From Deltaproteobacteria bacterium GWC2_65_14 (lineage in GTDB: Bacteria > Desulfobacterota > Deferrimicrobia > Deferrimicrobiales > Deferrimicrobiaceae), in the NCBI GenBank assembly GCA_001797615.1, contig MGPV01000017.1, positions 50,019 through 114,018 of the forward strand: DNA of 64,000 nt. The letters are read 5' to 3'. The translations under genes were made by a program, and so were the position numbers. Positions 1 to 8,923 of this stretch are shown here, piece after piece. How positions within the stretch are numbered: the first letter of the stretch is position 1; each line of letters opens with the position of its first letter. The notes beneath the pieces are model-generated. The model did no database searches and was not told the DNA's origin. It was given only the letters and a program-made list of their open reading frames with translations.

Positions 1-1077
1 AGGATCCGGTTGCCGTAGGCCATCCCCTTGAGGATGGAGGGCATGAGATCGAGGAACCCCCCCTTCTCCGCCTGCTCGAAGGAGGAGGGGAAGGCTCCCC
101 CGGGCATCCGGTGCGAGATCACGTCGTGGGAGAACCCCTTGTGGGGGGACTCGAACCGCTCGTAGTTCCGGATGAACCCCCGGATGACGTCGGTCGCCTC
201 CCCCGCCCGCTCCATGTCGAACCGGACGGAGAAGCCCAGCTCGCGCAGGAACCGCGCGAGGGGACGCACCGGCGGGTGCCCGTAGAAGCGGGAGAAGGCG
301 TCGTCGGTCACGTCGAAGAGGCGCGCCCCCGCCCCCGCGGCGGCGGCCATCGCCGGGATCACCAGCCCGTCGGTGGAATGCCGGTGGTAGAGGAGCAGCA
401 GGTCGGGGTGCTTCTGGAGGATCGCGTCGATCAGGCGCCGGATCCGCTCGGGGCTTCCCACCCCGGCCATGTCCTTCACGCAGAGGATGATCCCCGAGGT
501 CCCGCCGCACAGCGAGACGATCTCCGAAACCACCCGGAGATAGTAGGCATCGGTGCATTCCGGCGCCTCGGTGAAGGAGATGGCCGGCTCGAAGATCTTC
601 CCCCCCTTCAGCACCTCCTCGGCGACCGGCGCCATGTTCGGGACGTAGTTCAGGAAGTCGAAGCAGCGCCAGACGTCGATCGTGGGGAGGAAGGAGCGCA
701 CGGCGGCCCGGACCACGTTGCGGGGATACATCCGGTATCCCCACACGTTCGTCGAGCGGATGAGCGTCTGCGTCAGAACGTTCGGCATCCCCTCCGCCCA
801 GACGCGCGACTCCTCGAACGGGTCGATCTTGTTGTTGAGCAGATCCTGGTGGAACCGGGCCCCCCCGTGGATTTCCACGGAGAAGTAGCCGGTCGCGTCG
901 TAGATCGGGACCAGGCGGGACATGTCGTGGAGGGTGAAGCGGTTCTTGAAGTCGCTCTGCCCGGTGTCCCGCGGGCCGGTGTTCGTGAGCCAGATCTCCC
1001 CGCTCTCCCGGACCCCCTTGAGGATCTTCTTCGCGCTCTTTTTCCGCAGCCCCGCCCGCACCCTTTCCCCCGTTCCT
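1..1077 (-). CDS. pycB: Pyruvate carboxylase subunit B / oxaloacetate decarboxylase alpha-like carboxyltransferase domain. 5' part only; the gene continues beyond the window start.
   Basis: I translated the minus strand by hand; this ORF is not in the track because it is partial. The N-terminus is MGRDRGEG...WLTNTGPRDTGQSDFKNRFTLHDM, followed by a TIM-barrel carboxyltransferase pattern (VKDMAGVGSPERI, HRHSTDG). This matches the DTTxRDxHQS ... IKDMAG ... HxHxTxG order of PycB/OadA. The ATG lies 9 nt downstream of the pycA stop. Confidence 0.7.
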
Positions 1078-1086
1078 TCGCCCCGA

Positions 1087-2532
1087 TCACGTCCCATGGA
1101 TGTTCCGGCCGAGTCCGGAGACCTCGGCGACGAACTTCGCCACCTTGAAGATTTCATCCTCGACGTGTTCGTACTCCGTGAGCCCGGCGATATTTTCCTC
1201 GATGAACCCGGTGTGGATGTTCCCCGCCACGAAATCCGGGTGGTCCATCACCCGCTTGAGGAGGGGGATCGTCGTCTTCACTCCCCAGATCTCGTACTCC
1301 CGCAGCGCCCGGCGCATCCGCTCGATGGCGGTCTCCCGGTCCTTCCCCACGGCGCAGATCTTGGAGAGGAGGGAGTCGTAGAAGGGGGGCACCTCCCATC
1401 CCTGGTAGATCCCGGACTCGGTCCGCACGAAGGGGCCGCTGATCTGCCGGAGGAAGGAGATCCGGCCGAAGGAGGGGGCGAAGCCGTTCTTGGGATCCTC
1501 CGCGTTGATCCGGCACTGGATCGCGTGCCCCCGCAGGGTCACCTCCTCCTGGCGGAGCGACAGCGGATCCCCCGCGGCGATCTTGAACATCTTCCGGATG
1601 ATGTCGAACCCGCTGATCATCTCGGTGACCGTGTGCTCGACCTGGATCCGGGTGTTCACCTCGAGCGCGTAGAAGTTCCCCTCCCGGTCGACCAGGAACT
1701 CGAGGGTCCCGGCCGACTCGTACCCGACATCCCGCATCGCCCGGACGACGATCTCCCCCATCCTGGCGCGTATCTCCGGGGTGAGCGTCGAGCTGGGCGC
1801 CTCCTCCACGAGCTTCTGGTGCTGACGCTGGAGGGAGCACTCCCGCTCGCCCAGGTGGATCACGTTCCCGTTCCGGTCGGCCAGGAACTGGAACTCGATG
1901 TGCCGCCCCCCTTCGATGAACTTCTCCGCGTAGACCGACGCGCTCCCGAACGCCTTCTCCGCCACGGAGCGGGCGGCCGCCAGGTTCTCCTCGACTTCGT
2001 AGGGGGAGGAGACCTTGCGCATCCCCTTTCCGCCCCCCCCCGCCGCCGCCTTGAGGATCACCGGCCATCCGACCTGCTCGCCGAATTCGATGACCTGCTC
2101 GGCGCTCTCCACATTCTCCAGACCCGGGGTGACCGGCACCCCGGAGGCCGCCAGCGCCTTGCGGGCGGCCACCTTGTCCCCCAGGATCCGCATCACGCGG
2201 GCGGAGGGCCCGATGAAGACCATCCCCTCCCGCTCGACCGCCTCGGCGAATTCCGGATTCTCCGCGAGGAAGCCGTAGCCGGGGAAGACCGCGTCGCACC
2301 CCGAGTCCCGGGCGGCACGAATGACCGCGTCGATGTCGAGGTAGCTCATGCTGGCCGGGGAAGGGCCGAGGCGGACCGCCTGGTCGGCGAGCTTGACGTG
2401 GAGGGAGAGCGTGTCGCAGTCGGAGTACCCCACGACCGCCCGGATCCCCAGCTCCCGGCAGGGGCGGATCGCGCGGCAGGCGATCTCCCCGCGGTTCGCG
2501 ATGAAGATGCTGCCGAAGTACTTCTTTCCCAT
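1087..2532 (-). CDS. pycA: Biotin carboxylase, as pyruvate carboxylase subunit A or an AccC-type enzyme.
   Basis: 481-aa ORF with an ATP-grasp biotin carboxylase signature (FIANRGEIACR, GGGGKGMRKV, EVNTRIQVEHTVTE). It sits immediately upstream of the carboxyltransferase gene, which suggests a two-subunit pyruvate carboxylase. Confidence 0.88.
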   Translation of the reverse strand: MGKKYFGSIFIANRGEIACRAIRPCRELGIRAVVGYSDCDTLSLHVKLADQAVRLGPSPASMSYLDIDAVIRAARDSGCDAVFPGYGFLAENPEFAEAVEREGMVFIGPSARVMRILGDKVAARKALAASGVPVTPGLENVESAEQVIEFGEQVGWPVILKAAAGGGGKGMRKVSSPYEVEENLAAARSVAEKAFGSASVYAEKFIEGGRHIEFQFLADRNGNVIHLGERECSLQRQHQKLVEEAPSSTLTPEIRARMGEIVVRAMRDVGYESAGTLEFLVDREGNFYALEVNTRIQVEHTVTEMISGFDIIRKMFKIAAGDPLSLRQEEVTLRGHAIQCRINAEDPKNGFAPSFGRISFLRQISGPFVRTESGIYQGWEVPPFYDSLLSKICAVGKDRETAIERMRRALREYEIWGVKTTIPLLKRVMDHPDFVAGNIHTGFIEENIAGLTEYEHVEDEIFKVAKFVAEVSGLGRNIHGT

Positions 2533-2533
2533 C

Positions 2534-3445
2534 CTATCCGCCGATGTCGCTGCCGGTGAGGATCCGCAGCGCCTCCCGGTACTTCCCCGCCGTGTTCTCG
2601 ATCACGTCGGGAGGAAGCTTCGGCCCGGGGGCGGTCTTGTTCCAGGACAGGGTGAGCAGGTAGTCGCGGACGAACTGCTTGTCGAAGCTCTTCTGGGGAC
2701 CGCCCGCCCTGTATTCCGCCGCCGGCCAGAACCGGGAGGAATCGGGGGTCAGCGCCTCGTCGATCCAGAGGAGCCGGCCGTCCAGGAAGCCGAACTCGAA
2801 TTTCGTGTCGGCGATGATGATTCCCTTCCCCAGGGCGTACTCGGCCGCCTTCCGGTAGAGCGTCAGGGAAATGTCCCGCGCCGCCTCGGCCGTCTCCCTC
2901 CCCAGGATTCCGCACATCCGCTCGAAGGAGATGTTCATGTCGTGCTTCCCCTTCTCCTCCTTGGTGGCGGGGGTGAAGAGCGGCTCGGGGAGCCGGGACG
3001 ACTCGACGAGCCCCGCGGGGAGCCGGATGCCGCACACCTCGACATGCTCCCGGTATTCCGCCCAGCCGGACCCCGAGAGATACCCGCGGACGACGCATTC
3101 CACGGGGAGGGGGGAGGTCTTCCGGCAGAGCATCGAACGGCCGGCGAGCAGCTCCGCGTGAGGCCTGGCGGCAGGCGGGTATTCCCGCGGGTCCACGGAG
3201 AGCATGTGGTTCGGGACCACGTCCGAGAGCTTCCGGAACCAGAAGGCGGAGATCTGCGTGAGGACCTTCCCCTTCCCGGGAATCCCGTTGGGTAGGACGA
3301 CGTCGAAGGCGGAGATCCGGTCGGAGGCCACCAGGAGCAGCTTGCCGTCCGTCTCGTAGATGTCCCGGACCTTCCCCCGCGCGAGCAACGTCAGTCCCGC
3401 AAGTTTCGTCTCGACGACCGCCTGCCTTGCCATAGGATGTCCCAC
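2534..3445 (-). CDS. purC: Phosphoribosylaminoimidazole-succinocarboxamide synthase (SAICAR synthetase).
   Basis: 303-aa ORF. RGKVRDIYE...LLLVASDRISAFD is the canonical PurC N-terminal motif. Confidence 0.88.
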   Translation of the reverse strand: MGHPMARQAVVETKLAGLTLLARGKVRDIYETDGKLLLVASDRISAFDVVLPNGIPGKGKVLTQISAFWFRKLSDVVPNHMLSVDPREYPPAARPHAELLAGRSMLCRKTSPLPVECVVRGYLSGSGWAEYREHVEVCGIRLPAGLVESSRLPEPLFTPATKEEKGKHDMNISFERMCGILGRETAEAARDISLTLYRKAAEYALGKGIIIADTKFEFGFLDGRLLWIDEALTPDSSRFWPAAEYRAGGPQKSFDKQFVRDYLLTLSWNKTAPGPKLPPDVIENTAGKYREALRILTGSDIGG

Positions 3446-3520
3446 CTCCGGATTGAAAGGGAGATCCTACTATATCCGGCGCCCCCCGCACAAACAGTTC
3501 CGGCGAGGGGCGTCCCCCCT

Positions 3521-5305
3521 TCAGGCCGGCCGCCCCTCCCGGAACTGGAGGGTGAAGAGGCGGTGGTAGATCCCCCGCTCCCGCATCAGCTCGCCGTGGG
3601 TCCCGGTCTCGCGGAGCTTCCCCCGGTGGATCACGAGGATCCGGTCCGCCGAGAGGACGGTGGAGATCCGGTGGGCCACCACGAGGGAGGTGCGGCCGGA
3701 GAGGATCTCCCCGATCGCCCGCTGCACCTCCTGCTCGGTCACCGGGTCCACGCTGGAGGTGGCCTCGTCCAGGACCAGCACCCGCGGCTCCCGGGAAAGC
3801 GCCCTGGCGAAGGAGACCAGCTGCCGCTGCCCGACGGAGAGGCGCCCTCCCCGCTCCCCCACTTCCGTGTCCAGCCCGAGCTCCCAGCCCCCCGAGAACC
3901 GGGAGACCCCGGCGGCGGCCGCGGCCCGATCCACGAAGGGACCTCCCCCCTCCACGTTCCCGCGGATCGTCCCGGAAAAGAGGACCGGGTCCTGCGGGAC
4001 CATCGAGATCATCCCGCGGAGTTCCTCCCTCGGGATCTCCCGGATATCCCTCCCGAACAGGAGGATGCTCCCCCGGGAGATCTCGTAGAGGCGGCAGAGC
4101 AGCGACAGGATCGTCGTCTTCCCCGCGCCGGTCGCGCCGACGATCGCCCCCGCCTCCCCCTCTCTCAGGGAAAAGGTAACCCCCCGCAGGACCGGCTCGC
4201 CGGGCCGGTAGGAGAACCAGACGTCCCGGAACTCGATCGCGGGGACTTCCCCCTCCGGAGGGGCCGGGACCGCGCGGGGGACGGGCGGGCGGTACTCGGG
4301 GGAGATCTCCGTATCCAGGACCTGGAAGATCCGCTCCGCCGACGCGAGCGCCGACTGGAGGATGTTGTACTTGTCGCTCATGTCCTTGATCGGATCGAAG
4401 AACTTCTGCGCATACTCGAGGAAGGCGACCAGCGTCCCGAAGGTAAGCGCCCCGGAGAGGATCCCGATCCCGCCGCGCCACAGGATCAGGGCGACGGCGA
4501 CGGAGGCGAGCAGCTCGACCCCCGGGAAATAGACGGAGTAGAAGTTCGTCAGCCGGATGCTCTCGTCTGCGTAGTCCATGCTCAGTCCGTCGAACCCGCG
4601 GATTGACTTCTCCTCGTTGCGGTACGTCTTGACGACCGCGATCCCGCTCACCCGCTCCTGGAGGAAGGCGTTCAGGCGGGCCAGCTTCCGGCGCAATTCC
4701 CGGTTCGCCTCCCGGATGAACCGCTTCACCAGCTCCACGAACAGGATCAGCGCCGGCAGGACCGCGAAGGTGACCAGCGCGAGGCGCGCGTCCATCCAGA
4801 GCAGGACCGCCGCGGTCCCGACGAGGACCGCCGCGTCGCCCACGGTGGAGACCAGTCCCGAGGAGAGAAGCTCCTGCAGCGCCTCGACATCGGAGGTGAG
4901 CCGCGTCATCAGCCTCCCGGCGGGGGTCCGGTCGAAGAAGGAGACCGGGAGGCGCTCCAGCCGGGCGAACATCTCCCCGCGGATCGCGAGGATCACCCGC
5001 TGGCCGAGGACCGACACCGCCAGCATCTGGAGGTAGAGAAAGGCCATCCCCCCCGCCAGCGCCGCGAGGTAGAGGCCGGCCCGGGGGAGCATCCCCTCGA
5101 AGACGCCGGGGATGAGGTTCTCGTCGACCACGATCTTGATGATGTAGGGCCCGGAGAGCCGGCAGGCGGTGCCGAAGAGCAGGGCCGCCAGCGCGAGGGC
5201 GACCAGCGTCCCGTGGGGGGAAAGGTAGGAGAGGAGCCGCCGCATGTGCGCGAGGTCCACCCCCTGCGTCTCCACCCGGTCCTCGTGGAGGAAGGGCTCC
5301 GGCAT
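3521..5305 (-). CDS. ABC transporter, fused permease and ATP-binding protein (MsbA/exporter type).
   Basis: Six-TM N-terminal domain, Walker A GATGAGKTT and an ABC signature LSVGQRQ. The probable start is MPEPF, which overlaps the stop of the upstream ABC gene (half of a heterodimeric exporter pair). The 2346..4481 and 3437..4606 ORFs are antisense artefacts. Confidence 0.82.
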   Translation of the reverse strand: MPEPFLHEDRVETQGVDLAHMRRLLSYLSPHGTLVALALAALLFGTACRLSGPYIIKIVVDENLIPGVFEGMLPRAGLYLAALAGGMAFLYLQMLAVSVLGQRVILAIRGEMFARLERLPVSFFDRTPAGRLMTRLTSDVEALQELLSSGLVSTVGDAAVLVGTAAVLLWMDARLALVTFAVLPALILFVELVKRFIREANRELRRKLARLNAFLQERVSGIAVVKTYRNEEKSIRGFDGLSMDYADESIRLTNFYSVYFPGVELLASVAVALILWRGGIGILSGALTFGTLVAFLEYAQKFFDPIKDMSDKYNILQSALASAERIFQVLDTEISPEYRPPVPRAVPAPPEGEVPAIEFRDVWFSYRPGEPVLRGVTFSLREGEAGAIVGATGAGKTTILSLLCRLYEISRGSILLFGRDIREIPREELRGMISMVPQDPVLFSGTIRGNVEGGGPFVDRAAAAAGVSRFSGGWELGLDTEVGERGGRLSVGQRQLVSFARALSREPRVLVLDEATSSVDPVTEQEVQRAIGEILSGRTSLVVAHRISTVLSADRILVIHRGKLRETGTHGELMRERGIYHRLFTLQFREGRPA

Positions 5306-5310
5306 CCGGC

Positions 5311-7035
5311 TCACGGAGAGGCCTCCAGCTCCCGCACCAGCATCTGGCGGGAATAGAGGTCGAAATACTCCCCCCCGAGGGCGAAGAGCTGCTCGTGGGT
5401 CCCCTGCTCCACGATCCTCCCCTCCCGCATCACGAGGACCCGGTCGCACCGGGAGAGGGAGGCCATCCGGTGGGTGCTGAACAGGACCGTCCGCTCCCCC
5501 CGCAGCGAGAGGATCCCCTCGAAGATCTCCCGCTCCGTCTCCGAGTCGACCGCGGAGAGGATGTCGTCCAGCAGCAGCAGCTCCCCCCCGGCGCAGAGCG
5601 CCCGCGCGACGGCGGCCCGCTGCTTCTGCCCCCCGGAGAGGGTCAGCCCCCGCTCCCCGATCACCGTGTCCATCCCGGCCGGCATCTCCTCGATCTCCGC
5701 CAGGAGCCGGGCGAGCGACGCCGCCCGCCGGGCCGCCTCCGCGTCCGGCTTCTCCAGGCCGAAGCAGATGTTCTCGAGAACGGTATCGGAGAAGAGGAAC
5801 GGGTCCTGCGCCACCAGGCGGATCGACCGCCTGAGCTCGGCCAGGGGGATCCCGGCCGCGTCGCGGCCCCGCAGGAAGATCTTCCCCGGGGGAGCCGGGT
5901 AGAGCCGCAAGATCAGGGAAAGGAGGGTGCTCTTCCCGCTGCCGGTCTGCCCGACCAGCCCCACCACCTCCCCCGGCCCGACGGAGAAGGTGACCCCGCG
6001 GAGCGTCTCCCCCCGGGTTTCCCCCTCGTAGAGGAACGAAAGATCCCGGATCTCGAGCAACGGGACCTCCCGGCCGTGCGGCGGCGGCTCCGCCGGTCCG
6101 GCCTCCTCCGGCTCGGACGGCGTCGCCAGAAACTCGTGGATCCGGCCCGTCGCGCTCCCGGCCCGCTGGAACAGGTTGATCACCCAGCCCAGCGCCATGG
6201 TCGGGAAGGAGAGCATGGCGAGGTAGGCGTTAAAGGCGACGAATCCCCCGAGGGTCAGCTGCCCCCGGATCACCAGCCATCCCCCCAGCAGCAGCACGAG
6301 GGCGACGCCGCCCCCCGCGAGGAAGCCGATCCCGCCGTGAAAGGCGGCGGAGGTCTTCGACACCGAGACGTTCACCCGGTAGTACTCCTCGCAGGAGCCG
6401 CGGAACCGGCGCTCCTCCCGCTCTTCCAGCCCGTAGGTCTTCACCAGACGGATCCCGGTGATGTTCTCCTGGAGGAGGGAGTTCATCGCGGCGAACGACT
6501 CCTGCCCCTTCCGGTGCAGCCGGTGAAAGGCCTTCCCGTAGGAGCGGGACAGCAGGACGACCGCCGGGGCCAGGACGAGCGCGACCGCCGTGAGGACCGG
6601 GCTGATCCGGACCATGAAGGCGAGCGCCAGCAGGTAGGAGATGGCGGTACCCGTCAGGGTGAGGATCCCCGGCCCCAGGAAGAGCCAGATCGCGGAGATG
6701 TCGTTCGTCAGCCTGGACATCACGTCGCCGGTGGCCGTCCTCCCGAAGAAGGAGACCGGGAGGCGGATGACGTGCGAGAAGAGGTCGTGCCGGAGCTCGA
6801 GCTCCACGTGCCGGGCGGTGATCAGGAGCCCGCGGCGGGAGACGTACCGGAACCCCGCGTGCAGCGCGGCGAACAGAAGCATCCACGAGACCGCCCGCAC
6901 CAGCCCCCCGGCGCCTCCCGGCCGGGACAGGCTGTCGATCGCCTCGCGGATCATCCACGGAACGAGGAGGCCGGACAGGCTGGAGGCGAACAGTCCGAGC
7001 GCGCAGAGCAGGTAGGCCGCGCGGTGGCGCTCCAT
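5311..7035 (-). CDS. ABC transporter, fused permease and ATP-binding protein (second half of a heterodimeric exporter).
   Basis: 574 aa with TM helices, Walker A GQTGSGKST, signature LSGGQKQR and a Walker B LLLDD. Confidence 0.85.
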   Translation of the reverse strand: MERHRAAYLLCALGLFASSLSGLLVPWMIREAIDSLSRPGGAGGLVRAVSWMLLFAALHAGFRYVSRRGLLITARHVELELRHDLFSHVIRLPVSFFGRTATGDVMSRLTNDISAIWLFLGPGILTLTGTAISYLLALAFMVRISPVLTAVALVLAPAVVLLSRSYGKAFHRLHRKGQESFAAMNSLLQENITGIRLVKTYGLEEREERRFRGSCEEYYRVNVSVSKTSAAFHGGIGFLAGGGVALVLLLGGWLVIRGQLTLGGFVAFNAYLAMLSFPTMALGWVINLFQRAGSATGRIHEFLATPSEPEEAGPAEPPPHGREVPLLEIRDLSFLYEGETRGETLRGVTFSVGPGEVVGLVGQTGSGKSTLLSLILRLYPAPPGKIFLRGRDAAGIPLAELRRSIRLVAQDPFLFSDTVLENICFGLEKPDAEAARRAASLARLLAEIEEMPAGMDTVIGERGLTLSGGQKQRAAVARALCAGGELLLLDDILSAVDSETEREIFEGILSLRGERTVLFSTHRMASLSRCDRVLVMREGRIVEQGTHEQLFALGGEYFDLYSRQMLVRELEASP

Positions 7036-7074
7036 GTAGGGTCGCAGGGTGAGGAGTTCGCGGATGGCCGCCCC

Positions 7075-7908
7075 CTACCCGACGATGGTGAATGGGGCCG
7101 GGGTGAAGCAGAGCAGGAACAGGACCCCGGCGGCGAATCCGATCCACCGCCTGCCCCGGGAAAGGGGGATCTCCTCGAAGACGGGCCGGGGATGCCGGGT
7201 CCCCAGGAAGAAGAGCAGGGCCGCCCAGAGGACCCAGCCTGCCCAGAGCAGCCCCAGCGGCAGCAGCAGGAGCGGAATGATCCGGGAGACCCTCTCGTAC
7301 CTGGCGCCGAAGAGGGCGTAGGCAATGTGCCCCCCGTCGAGCTGACCGGAAGGGATCAGGTTCAGCGAGGTCACAAAAAGGCCGATCCACCCCGCGAAGG
7401 CCACCGGGTGGAGGACGACATCGTACCCCGCGGGGATGTCGCCGAACAGGAGGAGGTTCGCCGCCTTGAGCAGCAGCGGCTCGCCGAGCCGGACCTGGAA
7501 CCCTCCGGCGGACAGGACCTGCCGCACCTCCGACATCGTCAGCCCGATCAGCAGGATGGGGATCGCCACGAGCGCCCCCGCGATCGGCCCCGCGGCGCCG
7601 ATCTCCATCAGCGCGTCCCGGTGGGGAAGCGGGGAGCGGATCTTGATGAAGGCGCCGAAGGTCCCGATCGACAGACCGATCGGGGGGGCGGGGATGAAAT
7701 AGGGGGGAGTGACCTCCACGTGGTTCCGCCGCGCCGCCGTGTAGTGCCCCATCTCGTGCACGCCGAGGATGGAAAGGAGCGGGACGGCGAACATGAGCCC
7801 CAGGAGAAGGTCCTGCGGCCTCGCGAGCGGGTTCCCCCCGGCGAGGAAGGCCCCCGCCACCAGCGTGGTGAGAAAGGTCATCAGGAACAGGACGATCTGC
7901 AGGCGCAT
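7075..7908 (-). CDS. Site-2 protease family (M50) zinc metallopeptidase.
   Basis: Polytopic membrane protein with an HEMGH zinc-binding motif (GVHEMGHYTAAR) and a downstream LDGG motif typical of M50. Confidence 0.78.
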   Translation of the reverse strand: MRLQIVLFLMTFLTTLVAGAFLAGGNPLARPQDLLLGLMFAVPLLSILGVHEMGHYTAARRNHVEVTPPYFIPAPPIGLSIGTFGAFIKIRSPLPHRDALMEIGAAGPIAGALVAIPILLIGLTMSEVRQVLSAGGFQVRLGEPLLLKAANLLLFGDIPAGYDVVLHPVAFAGWIGLFVTSLNLIPSGQLDGGHIAYALFGARYERVSRIIPLLLLPLGLLWAGWVLWAALLFFLGTRHPRPVFEEIPLSRGRRWIGFAAGVLFLLCFTPAPFTIVG

Positions 7909-7971
7909 CGGTTTCCTCCCGGAACTCTCTCTCGATTATAGGATAATGAATCCGGGAGGTGGGTCCCGGGA

Positions 7972-8565
7972 ATGAAGCTGATCCGCCCATGCGCCGACGG
8001 GGAAGAGCTGCTGCTCCACATCTGCTGCGGTCCCGACGCAGCCTACGGGGTGCCCGCGCTCCAGGAGCGGTACCGGGTCACCGGGCTCTTCTTCAACCCG
8101 AACATCCAGCCCGGGGACGAGCATGCGCGGCGCCTGCTGGCGGCCCGCCACCTGCGGGAGGCGCTCCCCTTCGCCCTGGAGATCGCGTCCGGGGGCGAGG
8201 AAGAGTGGGAGGAGGCGGTCCGCGGCCTGGAGGAGGAGCCGGAGAAGGGGAAACGGTGCGAGGCCTGCATCCGGCTGCGGCTGCGCAGGACCGCCTCCGA
8301 GGCGAAGCGGCTCGGGGTCCCGAACTTTTCCACCGTCCTCACCGTCAGCCCGAAGAAGGATGCGGCGATGGTGAACCGAGTGGGGTTCGAGGAGGGGGAG
8401 CGGTCGGGGGTCGTTTTCCTGGCGGCCGACATGAAGAAGGGGGACGGCTTTCGCAAGAGCGTGGAGATCTCGAAGCGGCTGGGAATCTACCGGCAGGACT
8501 ACTGCGGATGCCGCTACTCGCTCCGCCCCGCGGGCGCCGAGCCCGGAGTCTCCCCCGCGGACTAA
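7972..8565 (+). CDS. queH: Epoxyqueuosine reductase QueH (DUF208).
   Basis: LLLHICCGPD ... FFNPNIQP ... CxxC (CEACIRLR) ... TTVLTVSPKK ... YRQDYCGCRYS follows the conserved QueH cysteine pattern. Confidence 0.82.
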   Translation: MKLIRPCADGEELLLHICCGPDAAYGVPALQERYRVTGLFFNPNIQPGDEHARRLLAARHLREALPFALEIASGGEEEWEEAVRGLEEEPEKGKRCEACIRLRLRRTASEAKRLGVPNFSTVLTVSPKKDAAMVNRVGFEEGERSGVVFLAADMKKGDGFRKSVEISKRLGIYRQDYCGCRYSLRPAGAEPGVSPAD

Positions 8566-8633
8566 AGAACCCTGCCCGTTCTTCCGATACGCCTCCCGGG
8601 AGCCAGGACATGGGGAAACCGTTGCGGAAAAGA

Positions 8634-8729
8634 TGGCGGAAGCGTGAGGGAATCGAACCCCCCGGAGACATTGCTGCCTCCCGGCCGGATTTGAAGTCCG
8701 GGAGGGCCACCAGCGCCCTATCCGCTTCC
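8634..8729 (-). tRNA. selC: tRNA-Sec (selenocysteine tRNA, anticodon UCA).
   Basis: The reverse complement reads GGAAGCGG...CCGGACTTCAAATCCGG...GGTTCGATTCCC...CGCTTCCGCCA. The anticodon arm CUGGACUUCAAAUCCAG-like is identical in loop sequence to E. coli selC, with anticodon TCA. It has a long variable arm and a ~95-nt length with encoded CCA. Confidence 0.85.
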
Positions 8730-8762
8730 ATCCGAAGCCTCGCCCGGCTTGCGGGAAAACCG

Positions 8763-8855
8763 GCCCTACTTCTTCGCGGTCTCGCTCGCGCGCTTCTTCC
8801 GGGCCTTCTTCCTCCGGTGCCGGCGGCGCCGGATCTCCCGCTTCCGTTCCGTGGT
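8763..8855 (-). CDS. Candidate 30-aa highly basic small protein (MTTERKREIRRRRHRRKKARKKRASETAKK), immediately upstream of selC.
   Basis: ATG preceded by GAGGTGGAG, with strong third-position GC bias across the Arg/Lys codons. It is below the ORF-track length cutoff. It resembles small ribosomal or THX-like basic peptides, but I have no positive identification. Confidence 0.25.
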
Positions 8856-8923
8856 CATCTCCACCTCGTCCCGATTCCGATATGCGACGCCGGGACAGTA
8901 TACCAGAAGGGAAAGGAGTTCAG

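Noticed and set aside
111-2559. Long plus-strand ORFs (111..1148, 922..2559) overlapping pycB/pycA on the opposite strand.
   Set aside because: They are Arg/Gly/Pro/Asp-rich low-complexity translations, typical of antisense frames in ~68% GC DNA. The opposite strand encodes a well-conserved biotin carboxylase and carboxyltransferase.
2346-7990. ORFs 2346..4481(-), 3437..4606(+), 5395..7941(+, 848 aa) and 6230..7990(-, 586 aa).
   Set aside because: They are antisense or out-of-frame shadows of purC, the two ABC transporter genes and the M50 protease. Their composition is dominated by R/G/P/A with no motifs, and the real genes are supported by Walker, ABC-signature and HExxH motifs.
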